From: Longimicrobiales bacterium | GTDB taxonomy: Bacteria; Gemmatimonadota; Gemmatimonadetes; Longimicrobiales; Gaopeijiaceae | DNA length: 64,000 nucleotides | Reading direction: 5' to 3' | Assembly (NCBI GenBank): GCA_965116905.1 | Contig: OZ220732.1 | Span: 4,064,001 to 4,128,000, forward strand | Shown: piece by piece, positions 51,841 through 60,501 of the stretch | How positions within the stretch are numbered: position 1 is the first letter of the stretch | Layout of the letters: every line of letters starts with the position of its first letter | Made by a program: the position numbers and the translations under genes | The notes under the pieces: generated by a model | Databases searched by the model: none | Seen by the model: only the letters and a program-made list of their open reading frames with translations | Told to the model about the DNA's origin: nothing

Positions 51841-52093
51841 CATCATGGCAGTCAGAATCAATGCTGCGCAAACGTCTCCGGAGGCGCCCAACTGGCAACA
51901 CACTCCCCGACCTGGGATCGCCCAGCGATCCGTATGACTGAAATAATGTGCGCACGCTCTACTTGTGCATATTATCGTCAACATTATCATCCGAACCTGG
52001 ATCACCGGCTTGGCGACGACAGGCATCCTAAACCCCTTGGGCGCCAAGCTTTCCAGTCCTCCGCCGACCGACGGAGCACCCCCGTCTGAGCGA
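51841..52093 (-). promoter_or_regulatory. Conserved leader, copy 2
   Basis: Minus-strand TTGACG followed by the inverted repeat ATAATATGCACA-N9-TGCGCACATTAT. Confidence 0.7.
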
Positions 52094-52103
52094 AAAATGC
52101 GCG

Positions 52104-52220
52104 ATGACATCCGGAGAGACCGACGACCATAGGCAGCGTCACAATGGGGTGAGCGGTGGCGTACACTTGGCGCCCTGGTTCGGCTTCAGCGGATTCCGGG
52201 TCGCGCGCACTGTCAATTGA
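52104..52220 (+). pseudogene. Mini-ORF ending in an FGE tail, divergent from the leader
   Basis: MTSGETDDHRQRHNGVSGGVHLAPWFGFSGFRVARTVN*. Confidence 0.75.
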
Positions 52221-52255
52221 CTCGTGCGCCGACCGGCTGGCGGCCACCGCGCCCG

Positions 52256-53443
52256 CTACCTGCCAATCGACTGACCCACCAGATCGCAGTCCCTCACACT
52301 CACACCACTCTCGCGCATCACATCGTACCACGACGACTGTACGATCCCGGAGATCCTGTCGAAGATGGCTTCGGCCGCCACTCGGTCCAGCAGGAACCGC
52401 CCCGCTCCAGCGACGATATTCTCACGACTCGGAGCACGGCCGTCTGGACCGCAGATCATGGTGAAATCGCGACGCTTGTCACCCGCCAACGGTGTTGGTA
52501 CCGGGGCAGAGGCAGGCGCGAGACGCCAGCCAGTGCCCTTTGCGACCATCATGGGGTGGCGCGGATTGTCCGTGAGACACGAGATGGCGACGTTGAAGCA
52601 AATGCGCCCAAAGAGCTCGCGCAGGTCCTCCCTGGGGTGTGAACTCACCCTTCGAACCCGGTCGGCCAATGTCAGGTATGACCAGCCATGCTTCGTGGCC
52701 GGTGCAGAGTCCATGCCGAGCAGCGTAAAGCCGCTGATCAAACGGCTGCAGGCATAGCCAGCGCCCACCCAGCTTCGGTCGTAGCGTCGCACCATCAGGA
52801 CGTCTTCGCCGTGGGCGCTCTCGATTCGGCTGGGAACGGCATCAAGGCCGCAGTTCCGTGCAAGCTGCAGTGTCGCGTGGCGGACACGGTTCTGGTTCCA
52901 TATCATGCCGTCCCGCGGGAATTTCGCTATCCAGAGTGTGCGATCATCTTCAACCGTCACCTTGGGTGCGTTTGCCCCAGGGACCTCGTGACCTCCACGG
53001 AGAGCATCATCGAGAGGTGCGTCCTGCACAACGTGGCCCCGGTCGAAGGCCGCCTTGAGGCCGGTCAGGTCGTCAACGGTGGGGAAGTGCAGCCTTGGCA
53101 CGGGAGGGTCGAGTCCGAGAGCGAACGCGACCGCGCCACCGTAGTCGCTCGGACTCTTCACCACATCCGGAGTGCTTCCTCCTCCGATGAACCGGCCCCA
53201 TGAAGAGGGTATGGTGTCTCGCATCGCGCCGAAGACACCGCCGACGCTTCCCTTGCGAACGCGCCGGGTGAGTCGGAGGTGAACAGGGTCAAGTTCGACC
53301 GCGTCCGCGCGGCTGAGATAGCTGCGGCCGTAGATGAATTCTCCGAGTGGTGCGTCGCCGGACACGCGGAAACGCCCGGCCACCACATAGCGGCTCTGTC
53401 CGGGAAGAGCCACAAAAACAAACCGGTCGAAATCAGAAGTCAT
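52256..53443 (-). CDS. hipA: HipA-family protein with degenerate kinase motifs
   Basis: FIYGRSYL..LDP, GAVAF, WIAKFP, RRYDR, ELFGRICFN, WRLAP. Confidence 0.85.
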   Translation of the reverse strand: MTSDFDRFVFVALPGQSRYVVAGRFRVSGDAPLGEFIYGRSYLSRADAVELDPVHLRLTRRVRKGSVGGVFGAMRDTIPSSWGRFIGGGSTPDVVKSPSDYGGAVAFALGLDPPVPRLHFPTVDDLTGLKAAFDRGHVVQDAPLDDALRGGHEVPGANAPKVTVEDDRTLWIAKFPRDGMIWNQNRVRHATLQLARNCGLDAVPSRIESAHGEDVLMVRRYDRSWVGAGYACSRLISGFTLLGMDSAPATKHGWSYLTLADRVRRVSSHPREDLRELFGRICFNVAISCLTDNPRHPMMVAKGTGWRLAPASAPVPTPLAGDKRRDFTMICGPDGRAPSRENIVAGAGRFLLDRVAAEAIFDRISGIVQSSWYDVMRESGVSVRDCDLVGQSIGR

Positions 53444-53786
53444 CGCGGAGCGGTTGGAGGCGCGGGGCCTGACTCGGGAAGCGGGCGGACTCCAGAATCT
53501 TGCCCTCTTCGTCACGGTCCGGGTCGGCCAGGTGGTCCGCGTCGGCAAGCAGACCCAGTGCCCACAAGACCCCGAAGTAGGCCGCTGCCGACACGCCCGG
53601 CTTCCCGTTCTCCACATTGGCGACCGTGGAGCGGGAGGCGCCGATGCGGTCGGCGATGTCCTGGATCCGCAGCCGTCGCCGCAAGCGGGCGGTGCGGAGG
53701 TTGTCGCCAAAGCGCCGTAGGGTGTCCGAGACTTCGCCCGGCGGGCTGGTGCTGATCGTGGCGCGAGTTGGGCTCCCGTTGCTCAT
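53433..53786 (-). CDS. hipB: HipB-like XRE HTH antitoxin
   Basis: LRTARLRRRL..IADRIGASRSTVANVENGKPGVS..LWALGL. Confidence 0.85.
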   Translation of the reverse strand: MSNGSPTRATISTSPPGEVSDTLRRFGDNLRTARLRRRLRIQDIADRIGASRSTVANVENGKPGVSAAAYFGVLWALGLLADADHLADPDRDEEGKILESARFPSQAPRLQPLRDDF

Positions 53787-53976
53787 CCGTCCCACCACGT
53801 GATGAAGAGGGTATGATTGTCTGCACGACATTGACGCAACAATATCGCGATAGTTCCACGACAGCAATCCCGACGCGATGGCCGTCTGGCCGACCAATCC
53901 CCACCGTCCTGGACGAGTCGGAACAGGCTCGCGCTTAGACCTGCCGCGACAGCCGAACCGCCGCCGCGCCGCCCCT

Positions 53977-56175
53977 CTACCGCCGCCCCTCCGTCGCCAC
54001 CGCCCCGTCACCCCCCATGTAGCGGTCGAAGAAGTCGTCCGTTGCATCGAAGGTGATCAGCCAGCGCTCGTGCAGCAGGAAGTCGTGCACGTCGTCCGGG
54101 AACACGATCAGCTCGTGCGGCACGCCCTGCGCGCGGAGCAGCTGCACCAGCCCCACCGTCTGCGAAAACGCCACGTTGCGGTCGTCGTCGCCGTGGATCA
54201 GCAGCACCGGTGACGTCCAATTCTCGACCTCGGCCACCGACGACGACTGGTAGGACACCGTCTCCGGGTCGATCGAGTTCCCCCACAGGTGCACGCCGGC
54301 GATGTCGACGCCCGCCGCGAACAGGTCGGAGTCCCGCGCCAGGCCCTGCGCCGTGAGAATCCCCCCGTACGAGAGCCCCCAGAGTCCGATCCGGGCCGCA
54401 TCCACGTCGTCGCGGTCGCGCAGATACTCGCCGGCCGCCTTGATGTCGCGGTATTCGGTGTTGCCCAGGCGCCCGCGCCCCGGCGCGTTACGGAACTCGC
54501 GGCCGTACCCGATACCGCTCCGGTAATTCACCGACAGCACCACGTAGCCCTTGTTCGCGAAGTACTGATTCATCGCGTAGGCCATGTGGTAGAAGTGCAT
54601 GTAGTGGTAGCCGAGCAGCATCTGCCGCCGGGACCCGCCGTGGATGAAGATCATCGCGGGCCGCTTCTCGCCGGGCTGCAGGTCGGGGGGCAGGAAGAGC
54701 TGGTTGTAGAACTCGAAGCCGTCCTCGGCCTCGAGCGTGACCGCCTCGGGCATGACGTGCTCGTCGAAGGGGTAACGCGCCGGCAGATCCCGGATCGTCC
54801 GCGCCTCGCCGCCGTCCGCAGGGACCACCGCGACGGTCAGCGGCTGGCGGGCGTCCGCGTACAACACCGCCACGTCGCGTCCCGACGCCAGCGCGGCCGG
54901 GTAGGTCTCGATGCCGTCGCCGTGGGTGAGCTGCCGCGCGTCGCCGCCCGACGTGGGCACGCGCCACAGGTGGCGGCGGTCGATGTCGCCCGCGTTGGTC
55001 GCGTAGAAGAGGGTGCGTCCGTCCGGCGAAAGCGAGATGTATTCCGCGATGCCATCGCCCGGCGTGAGCTCCGCGGGGGTGGCGGGTGCGCCGGTGAGCC
55101 AGCCCGCGCCGTTGGCCGTGCCGCCCGAAGCCGCCACCGAGTAGTACCGCCGCCACCCGTCCGGCTCGGCCTGGAAGATGATGTGGTCGCCCGCCCAGAT
55201 CACCGAGCGCACTTCGCGGTGGATCTCGTCACCGGCCGCGTTGTGCCACACCTCGCGCGCCTCGCCGGTGCCCGCGTCGCCGACCCAGATCGAAAAGTCG
55301 TAGCCACCCGCGAACCGCGCCTCGGTCATGCCGTCGGGCAGGTCGTCCGGGCTCGCCTCGCCCAGGTCGGCCCGTGCCCCGAAGGGCAGCCCCGGCCTGC
55401 GGATGAAGGCGACCCGCGTGCCGTCGGGGGACCAAGTCGGGCTGGCGTCGCGGTCCACGGCCGGTCCCAGATAGGTGATGCCGGGGTTGTCGGTGTCGTA
55501 GACGCCGATGAAGCTGTGATCCTCGCGGTCGCTCACGAAGGCGATTCGGCGCGAGTCGGGAGACCACACCGGGCTGCCCTGACTGCCGAAGACGCTGAAG
55601 AGGGGCCTCTCGGGCTCGGTCGTCACCACGCCAGGGTTCACCGGCGCGCGGTAGATCGCCCCGTCCCTCGCGTACGCGACCCACTCACCGTCGGGCGACA
55701 GCGCCACGTTCCACGCCTCGACGACCCGCCAGGGCTCGCCGCCCGCCGTGCTCACCGCCCACACCGCGCGCTCGGCGCCGCGTGGGTCGCTGGCCGGGTT
55801 CGCGATCCATCCCTCGCGGTTCGGCGTGTGGCCCCGCAGGAAGACCAGTGTCGAGCCGTCGTCGGAGATGCGCAGGTTCGACAGATCGCGCCCGTCATCG
55901 TCCTCGTAGCGCGTGAGCCGCACGGGCTCGAAGCCGGGAGCCGTCGCCGTATAGACGTTGCGCCGCCCTTCCTCGTACTCGATCCACGCGATGCGGTCGG
56001 CCGCCTTCGCCGCGACCAGCTGGACCGGGTAGCCGGGACTGAGCACATCCTCGATCGAGAAGCGCTGGGCCTGCACGGGTGGGGCGGTGAGCGCGACGGA
56101 GAGCACGACGGCGAGCGCGGCCAGGGCGAGCACGGCGAGGGCGCGAACGGGGACGAAGACGGTGCGGCGCTTCAT
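53977..56175 (-). CDS. S9 prolyl oligopeptidase family protein
   Basis: PD40-type WSPD repeats, GLSYGG, HGDDDRNV, C-terminal His. Confidence 0.92.
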   Translation of the reverse strand: MKRRTVFVPVRALAVLALAALAVVLSVALTAPPVQAQRFSIEDVLSPGYPVQLVAAKAADRIAWIEYEEGRRNVYTATAPGFEPVRLTRYEDDDGRDLSNLRISDDGSTLVFLRGHTPNREGWIANPASDPRGAERAVWAVSTAGGEPWRVVEAWNVALSPDGEWVAYARDGAIYRAPVNPGVVTTEPERPLFSVFGSQGSPVWSPDSRRIAFVSDREDHSFIGVYDTDNPGITYLGPAVDRDASPTWSPDGTRVAFIRRPGLPFGARADLGEASPDDLPDGMTEARFAGGYDFSIWVGDAGTGEAREVWHNAAGDEIHREVRSVIWAGDHIIFQAEPDGWRRYYSVAASGGTANGAGWLTGAPATPAELTPGDGIAEYISLSPDGRTLFYATNAGDIDRRHLWRVPTSGGDARQLTHGDGIETYPAALASGRDVAVLYADARQPLTVAVVPADGGEARTIRDLPARYPFDEHVMPEAVTLEAEDGFEFYNQLFLPPDLQPGEKRPAMIFIHGGSRRQMLLGYHYMHFYHMAYAMNQYFANKGYVVLSVNYRSGIGYGREFRNAPGRGRLGNTEYRDIKAAGEYLRDRDDVDAARIGLWGLSYGGILTAQGLARDSDLFAAGVDIAGVHLWGNSIDPETVSYQSSSVAEVENWTSPVLLIHGDDDRNVAFSQTVGLVQLLRAQGVPHELIVFPDDVHDFLLHERWLITFDATDDFFDRYMGGDGAVATEGRR

Positions 56176-56305
56176 GGCAAGGATCTCCAGCGTTCCGGGC
56201 GTGGGGCGGCATTCGGCCGGCACGATGCGCCGGCTACGGACACGATGCCCGTCGCGACGTTCCCGGGCAAACGGCGGGGCGCTGCCGCAGGTACCGGCCA
56301 TGTCA

Positions 56306-56322
56306 TGAGTATGATATACTCA
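56306..56322. promoter_or_regulatory. Operator-like palindrome TGAGTAT-N3-ATACTCA
   Basis: Perfect inverted repeat 4 bp upstream of the antitoxin start. Confidence 0.7.
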
Positions 56323-56326
56323 AAAC

Positions 56327-56767
56327 ATGAGTAAGCGACTCCAGGTAGTGATGTCCGACGCCGACCTCGAGGAGGTCCGGGACGCGGCCAGGCGCAACAG
56401 CGTCACGGTGTCCGCGTGGGTGCGCCGCACGCTTCGGGGCGCGGCGGATCTTGACCGGCGCGGCGGAGCGGCCGCGGTGCGCGAAGCACGCCCGAACTAT
56501 TCCGTCATCAAGCCGGAGTTCCTCCGCTACGTCACGATCGAGGTCAGGCTGATGGAGGAGGAGGTGGAAGCCGTGCGGCGGCGGTACAACCTGCGCGACT
56601 GGTCGGCGGCAGTGAAGGAGGCAGTCTGTCGGCAGGCGTTGGCGCCGATGACCAAGGAGGAGGCGCTCGCAATGGAGGGTGTGGGATGGGACGGAGACCT
56701 GGACGAGATGCGCAACGAGCCCCCGATCGAGATGATCGACCCGGTCAGGGGATTTGACGAGGAGTGA
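56327..56767 (+). CDS. vapB: Antitoxin: RHH domain fused to a VapB-like domain
   Basis: MSKRLQV..TVSAWVR; C-terminal ALAMEGVGWDGDLDEMR. Confidence 0.75.
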   Translation: MSKRLQVVMSDADLEEVRDAARRNSVTVSAWVRRTLRGAADLDRRGGAAAVREARPNYSVIKPEFLRYVTIEVRLMEEEVEAVRRRYNLRDWSAAVKEAVCRQALAPMTKEEALAMEGVGWDGDLDEMRNEPPIEMIDPVRGFDEE

Positions 56768-57207
56768 TTGTCGACACTTCGGCGTGGGTCGAGTACCTGC
56801 GCAAGACGGGCAGCCCAACCAATCTCGCCTTGCGAGCCGGAACCGGGAGCGGGCAACCCATTGCGACGCCTGCGCCGGTCGTCACGGAGCTGCTCTCCGG
56901 CAGCACCAGCGAGGCGGAAGCCGCAGAACTCTTCCAGTTCCTGAGCCGCTTCGAGATCCTGGAGCCCGACTCGCTCGCCGTGTACCGCAGCGCCGCGCGG
57001 ATCTACCGCATCTGCCGCCGAGCCGGCTTCACCATCCGCTCGACCGTCGACTGCCTGGTCGCCGCGACCGCGCTGGACAAGGACCGCCCCCTCCTGGCCC
57101 GCAACCGCGATTTCGCGGTGATTGCCCGCTACACCGGGCTCGAACTCGTCATCCCGCCGGATGCCGACGCTCCGAAAAAGCCGCCGCGGGGGTGGTCCGG
57201 GGAGTAG
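56764..57207 (+). CDS. vapC: PIN-domain toxin
   Basis: IVDTSAW, TELLSG, TVDCLVA, NRDF. Confidence 0.9.
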   Translation: MIVDTSAWVEYLRKTGSPTNLALRAGTGSGQPIATPAPVVTELLSGSTSEAEAAELFQFLSRFEILEPDSLAVYRSAARIYRICRRAGFTIRSTVDCLVAATALDKDRPLLARNRDFAVIARYTGLELVIPPDADAPKKPPRGWSGE

Positions 57208-57268
57208 GCGTCCGGTCGCGGGAGCCGCGCGAGCGCACCGCGCCAACCCGGAACTTCGCGTCCCGCCC

Positions 57269-59107
57269 CTACCCGATCGGCGGGCGGTGGTGATACATCC
57301 CCAGCCGCTCCTCGAGCGCCCGGGCCAGCGCGAGGATCGTCCCCTCGCCGAAGAGGCCGCCATGAAAAGCCACATTACGCGTGATCGTGTGCGGCTCTCC
57401 CTGCGGATCGTCCGGAACCGGGCCCGCGCTTCGGGTCGGGCTCCGGTCGAGGCCGGCGCGCAGGCTGATCCCCGGGTGTCCGGTGTAGTTCATCGCCATC
57501 AGCAGCTCGAACGAGCCGTAGGTCGGGGCGAACAGCGCGTCCACGTCGCTGTAGATCCGGTGGAACTCGTGCATGAGGCCGCGGCGGAGGCGCTCGGCCT
57601 GCAGGTAGTCGACCGCGGACAGCAGGCGGGCCTGCCGCCAGGCGTTGGGCCAGCCCTCGGGAGGCAGCTGGTCGTCGCGGCCGTCGAGGGTGAGTTCCTC
57701 GTAGATGGCCGCGGCTTCCACGTACAGGTTGGAAATCAGCGCAGTGTACGGGAACGCAGGCAACTCCACCTCGACCATCTCGACACCCAGTTCGCGAAGC
57801 GCCTCCAGCGCCTCAAGGTGGGCATCGGCGACCGGGACGGAGGCGCCGGGCCCGAAGCCGACCTCGCGGAACCAGTCAGGCGAGTAGCCGACGCGCAGGG
57901 TCCTCGGGTCCAGCCCCGCATCGTAGTCGAACCCCATGTCGATCGAGGACGCCGATGTGGGATCTGGACCATTGATCGCGGCCATCACCGGCACCGCATC
58001 CTCGACGCGGCGGGTCAGCGGCCCGATCCGATCCAGGCTGGGGGTCAGCGGCATGGCGCCCGCGGTCGGCACCCGCCCGAAGGTCGCGCGCAGGCCGACG
58101 ACGCCGCACTGGTCGGCGGGGTTGAGGATCGAGCCCAGGCTGTCGGTCCCGATCGAGAACGAACACAGCGCGGCGGCGGTCGCCGATCCGGGTCCCGCGC
58201 TGGACCCGCCCGCGTGTTCCTCGGTGTTCCACGGGTTGCGGACCTTGCCGCCGTACCACCAGTAGCCGTTGGCGAGGCTGGCGGTGGCAAGCTTGCCGAG
58301 GAGCACCGCACCCGCGTCGCGCAGCATGGTGACGATGCGGGCGTCGCCGCCGGGAACGCGGTCCCGGTAGGGGGTCGCGCCCCAGGTCGTGGGGATCCCC
58401 GCCGTGTCGAAGCAGTCCTTGATCCCGTACGGGATGCCGTGGAGCTCGCCCCGGTATCGGCCGCTGGCCAGCTCGCGGTCGGACTCGGTCGCCTGCGCCA
58501 GCGCGTGGTCCGCGGTGACGGTGATGTAGCAGTAGAGGTCCGGCGCCAGCCGCTCGATCCGCGACAGGTAGATCTCGGTGAGTCGCCGGCTGGTGATCTG
58601 TCCGGTGCGGATCCAGTGGGCCTGTTCGCGGACCGAGGCGTACGCGATGTCGGCTTCGTTGGCCGGCAGGGCTCCGGGGTTTTCGGAGGAGAGGACGACC
58701 CGGTTCTCCTGTGGCGGGTAGGACACGCCCGGCAGCCGTGGATCGAAGGTGATCGCCGGCTGGAGCGCCAGATCGCGCGGGACGTCGCGGAGCTGGCGCA
58801 CCCCGGCGATCTGCCCGCCGATGGACTGGACCAGTTGTTCGCGCTCCTCGTCCGTGTAGGTGACGGTGTGGAGCTTTTCGGCCTCGGCGATGGTGGTGGC
58901 GGTGATGTCGGAAGACGGCTGGGCGGTGGCTTCGGCCGCGGACGCATTCGCACCGGCCGCCGCCGACTCCTCGCCGCCCGCCCCGGCCTCGTCCGGGCCG
59001 TTGCCCGCACCCGCGTCACATGCAGCGAGCCCGCCCGCCGCGAGCGCCGCCGAGCCGGCGAGAAAGTCCCTGCGGGTCGTGGTCGGGCGCTTGCGGGGGG
59101 ACCCCAT
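57269..59107 (-). CDS. Amidase, Tat-exported lipoprotein
   Basis: TRRDFL, LAAC, GIKD, GGSSAG, GSILNPA. Confidence 0.9.
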   Translation of the reverse strand: MGSPRKRPTTTRRDFLAGSAALAAGGLAACDAGAGNGPDEAGAGGEESAAAGANASAAEATAQPSSDITATTIAEAEKLHTVTYTDEEREQLVQSIGGQIAGVRQLRDVPRDLALQPAITFDPRLPGVSYPPQENRVVLSSENPGALPANEADIAYASVREQAHWIRTGQITSRRLTEIYLSRIERLAPDLYCYITVTADHALAQATESDRELASGRYRGELHGIPYGIKDCFDTAGIPTTWGATPYRDRVPGGDARIVTMLRDAGAVLLGKLATASLANGYWWYGGKVRNPWNTEEHAGGSSAGPGSATAAALCSFSIGTDSLGSILNPADQCGVVGLRATFGRVPTAGAMPLTPSLDRIGPLTRRVEDAVPVMAAINGPDPTSASSIDMGFDYDAGLDPRTLRVGYSPDWFREVGFGPGASVPVADAHLEALEALRELGVEMVEVELPAFPYTALISNLYVEAAAIYEELTLDGRDDQLPPEGWPNAWRQARLLSAVDYLQAERLRRGLMHEFHRIYSDVDALFAPTYGSFELLMAMNYTGHPGISLRAGLDRSPTRSAGPVPDDPQGEPHTITRNVAFHGGLFGEGTILALARALEERLGMYHHRPPIG

Positions 59108-59113
59108 GTCTCC

Positions 59114-60412
59114 CTACCGCCGCGCGTCGCGCCTCGTCAACGGACTCAGATAGTCGCGGCTGCCGAGGCCCAGCTTGCGCAGCGCGATGCCCGTCATGCA
59201 TTCGTCCACGACCTGCTTGGCATTGAGCGCCGTCGTGTAGCCCGGGTCGACCAGGGGGTTGAGCTCCACCAGGTCGAATCCGACGACGTTGTTCTCGGAG
59301 CAGAGCCCGCGAACGATGGGGAAGACCTCGCGGGGCGTGAGCCCTCCGGGCACGGGCGTGCCGGTGCCCGACGTGTAGGCCGGGTCCATCACGTCGATGT
59401 CGAACGAGATGTGGAGGTATTCGGGCCCGTCGTTGGCCTCGTCCAGAACGCGCTGCATGACCGTGGTCCAGCCGTCACGGTCGATCTCCGCCATGGTGTG
59501 GTAGCGGAACTCGTTTTCGCGCATCCATTCGAAGCCCTCGGGGCCGGGCCAGCTGCCGCGCAGCCCCACCTGGATGAAGTTCCTGCCGAGGATGTGGCCT
59601 TCGTCCACGAGACGGCGCACCGGCTGTGCGTGCGAGATGAGATGGCCGCTGCGGGTGCCCCCGGCGTCGTAGTGGGCGTCGAAGTGGATGACGCCGACGT
59701 TCTCATTGCCGTACACGTCGGCCAGGCCGGCCACGTTGGCGAACTCGATCGAGTGGTCGCCCCCGATGATCACCGGGATCGCGCCGGTCTCCGCGATCTC
59801 GCGGACCATGCGGCGGATCGGCGGCATGCTGCGCTCCGTGCTCAGATTGTCGATCGGAGCGTTGCCGTAGTCCACCGCCGTCAACTCGCTGCGCCAGCGC
59901 ACCATCGTTTCCATGCTGCCAACGCTGCGTCTCATGGCGCGGAACGCGGTCGGGCCCTCGCCGGCCCCGCGAAAGCCGACGCCCATGTCGACCGGGGCGC
60001 CCATGAACGCCACCTCGACTTCGCCCGCGACGAGGTCCTCGATGGTGCGCGCGACGGGCAGGCCGAAGAAGGTCAGGACGGATCCCACGCGGATCGGACC
60101 GGGTTCGCGGGGCGGATCGTTCGAGATGTCCCGGTCCCGCCAGACCTCCAGGTTCGGGTCGTTGGGGTCGAGGCGGATGATCGCGGCCTCGGGGTCGGGG
60201 GCGGCTTCCTGGGCGGTGTCCGGCTCCTCGGGCGCGGCCTCCTGGGCGGCCTGCTGGGCGGCGTCCGATGCCTCGGCCGCATCCGCGGGCTGGGCGCCGG
60301 TTGCCTCGGCGCCGGAATCGGCGGGCGGAGCCTCGCAGCCCCACGCAAGCACGCCGAACAGGAGGAGCAGCGCGGCTGGGCGAAGCGGTGACGGGGACGA
60401 AGGATCTCTCAT
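59114..60412 (-). CDS. Agmatinase/ureohydrolase family lipoprotein
   Basis: GGDHS, DAHYD, SFDIDVMDP, VELNP; AWGC lipobox. Confidence 0.9.
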   Translation of the reverse strand: MRDPSSPSPLRPAALLLLFGVLAWGCEAPPADSGAEATGAQPADAAEASDAAQQAAQEAAPEEPDTAQEAAPDPEAAIIRLDPNDPNLEVWRDRDISNDPPREPGPIRVGSVLTFFGLPVARTIEDLVAGEVEVAFMGAPVDMGVGFRGAGEGPTAFRAMRRSVGSMETMVRWRSELTAVDYGNAPIDNLSTERSMPPIRRMVREIAETGAIPVIIGGDHSIEFANVAGLADVYGNENVGVIHFDAHYDAGGTRSGHLISHAQPVRRLVDEGHILGRNFIQVGLRGSWPGPEGFEWMRENEFRYHTMAEIDRDGWTTVMQRVLDEANDGPEYLHISFDIDVMDPAYTSGTGTPVPGGLTPREVFPIVRGLCSENNVVGFDLVELNPLVDPGYTTALNAKQVVDECMTGIALRKLGLGSRDYLSPLTRRDARR

Positions 60413-60501
60413 GGAGCACAGTGTAGGCTTCGTGCCGTTTGCCCGCCAGCCTGGGAGACGGGCATGTTCCCCGCTCCGCTTCGCTCGACAGGAGACTCCC
60501 C

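Noticed and set aside
41794..52220. Classical diversity-generating retroelement
   Set aside because: No reverse transcriptase or Avd-like ORF in the window. The orphan tails are not AAC-rich and differ from the genes at all base types, so they are not template repeats. A DGR elsewhere in the genome cannot be excluded.
36669..53900. Integron, prophage or IS element
   Set aside because: No integrase, transposase, phage genes or recurring attC-like hairpins seen; genes overlap with no intergenic sites
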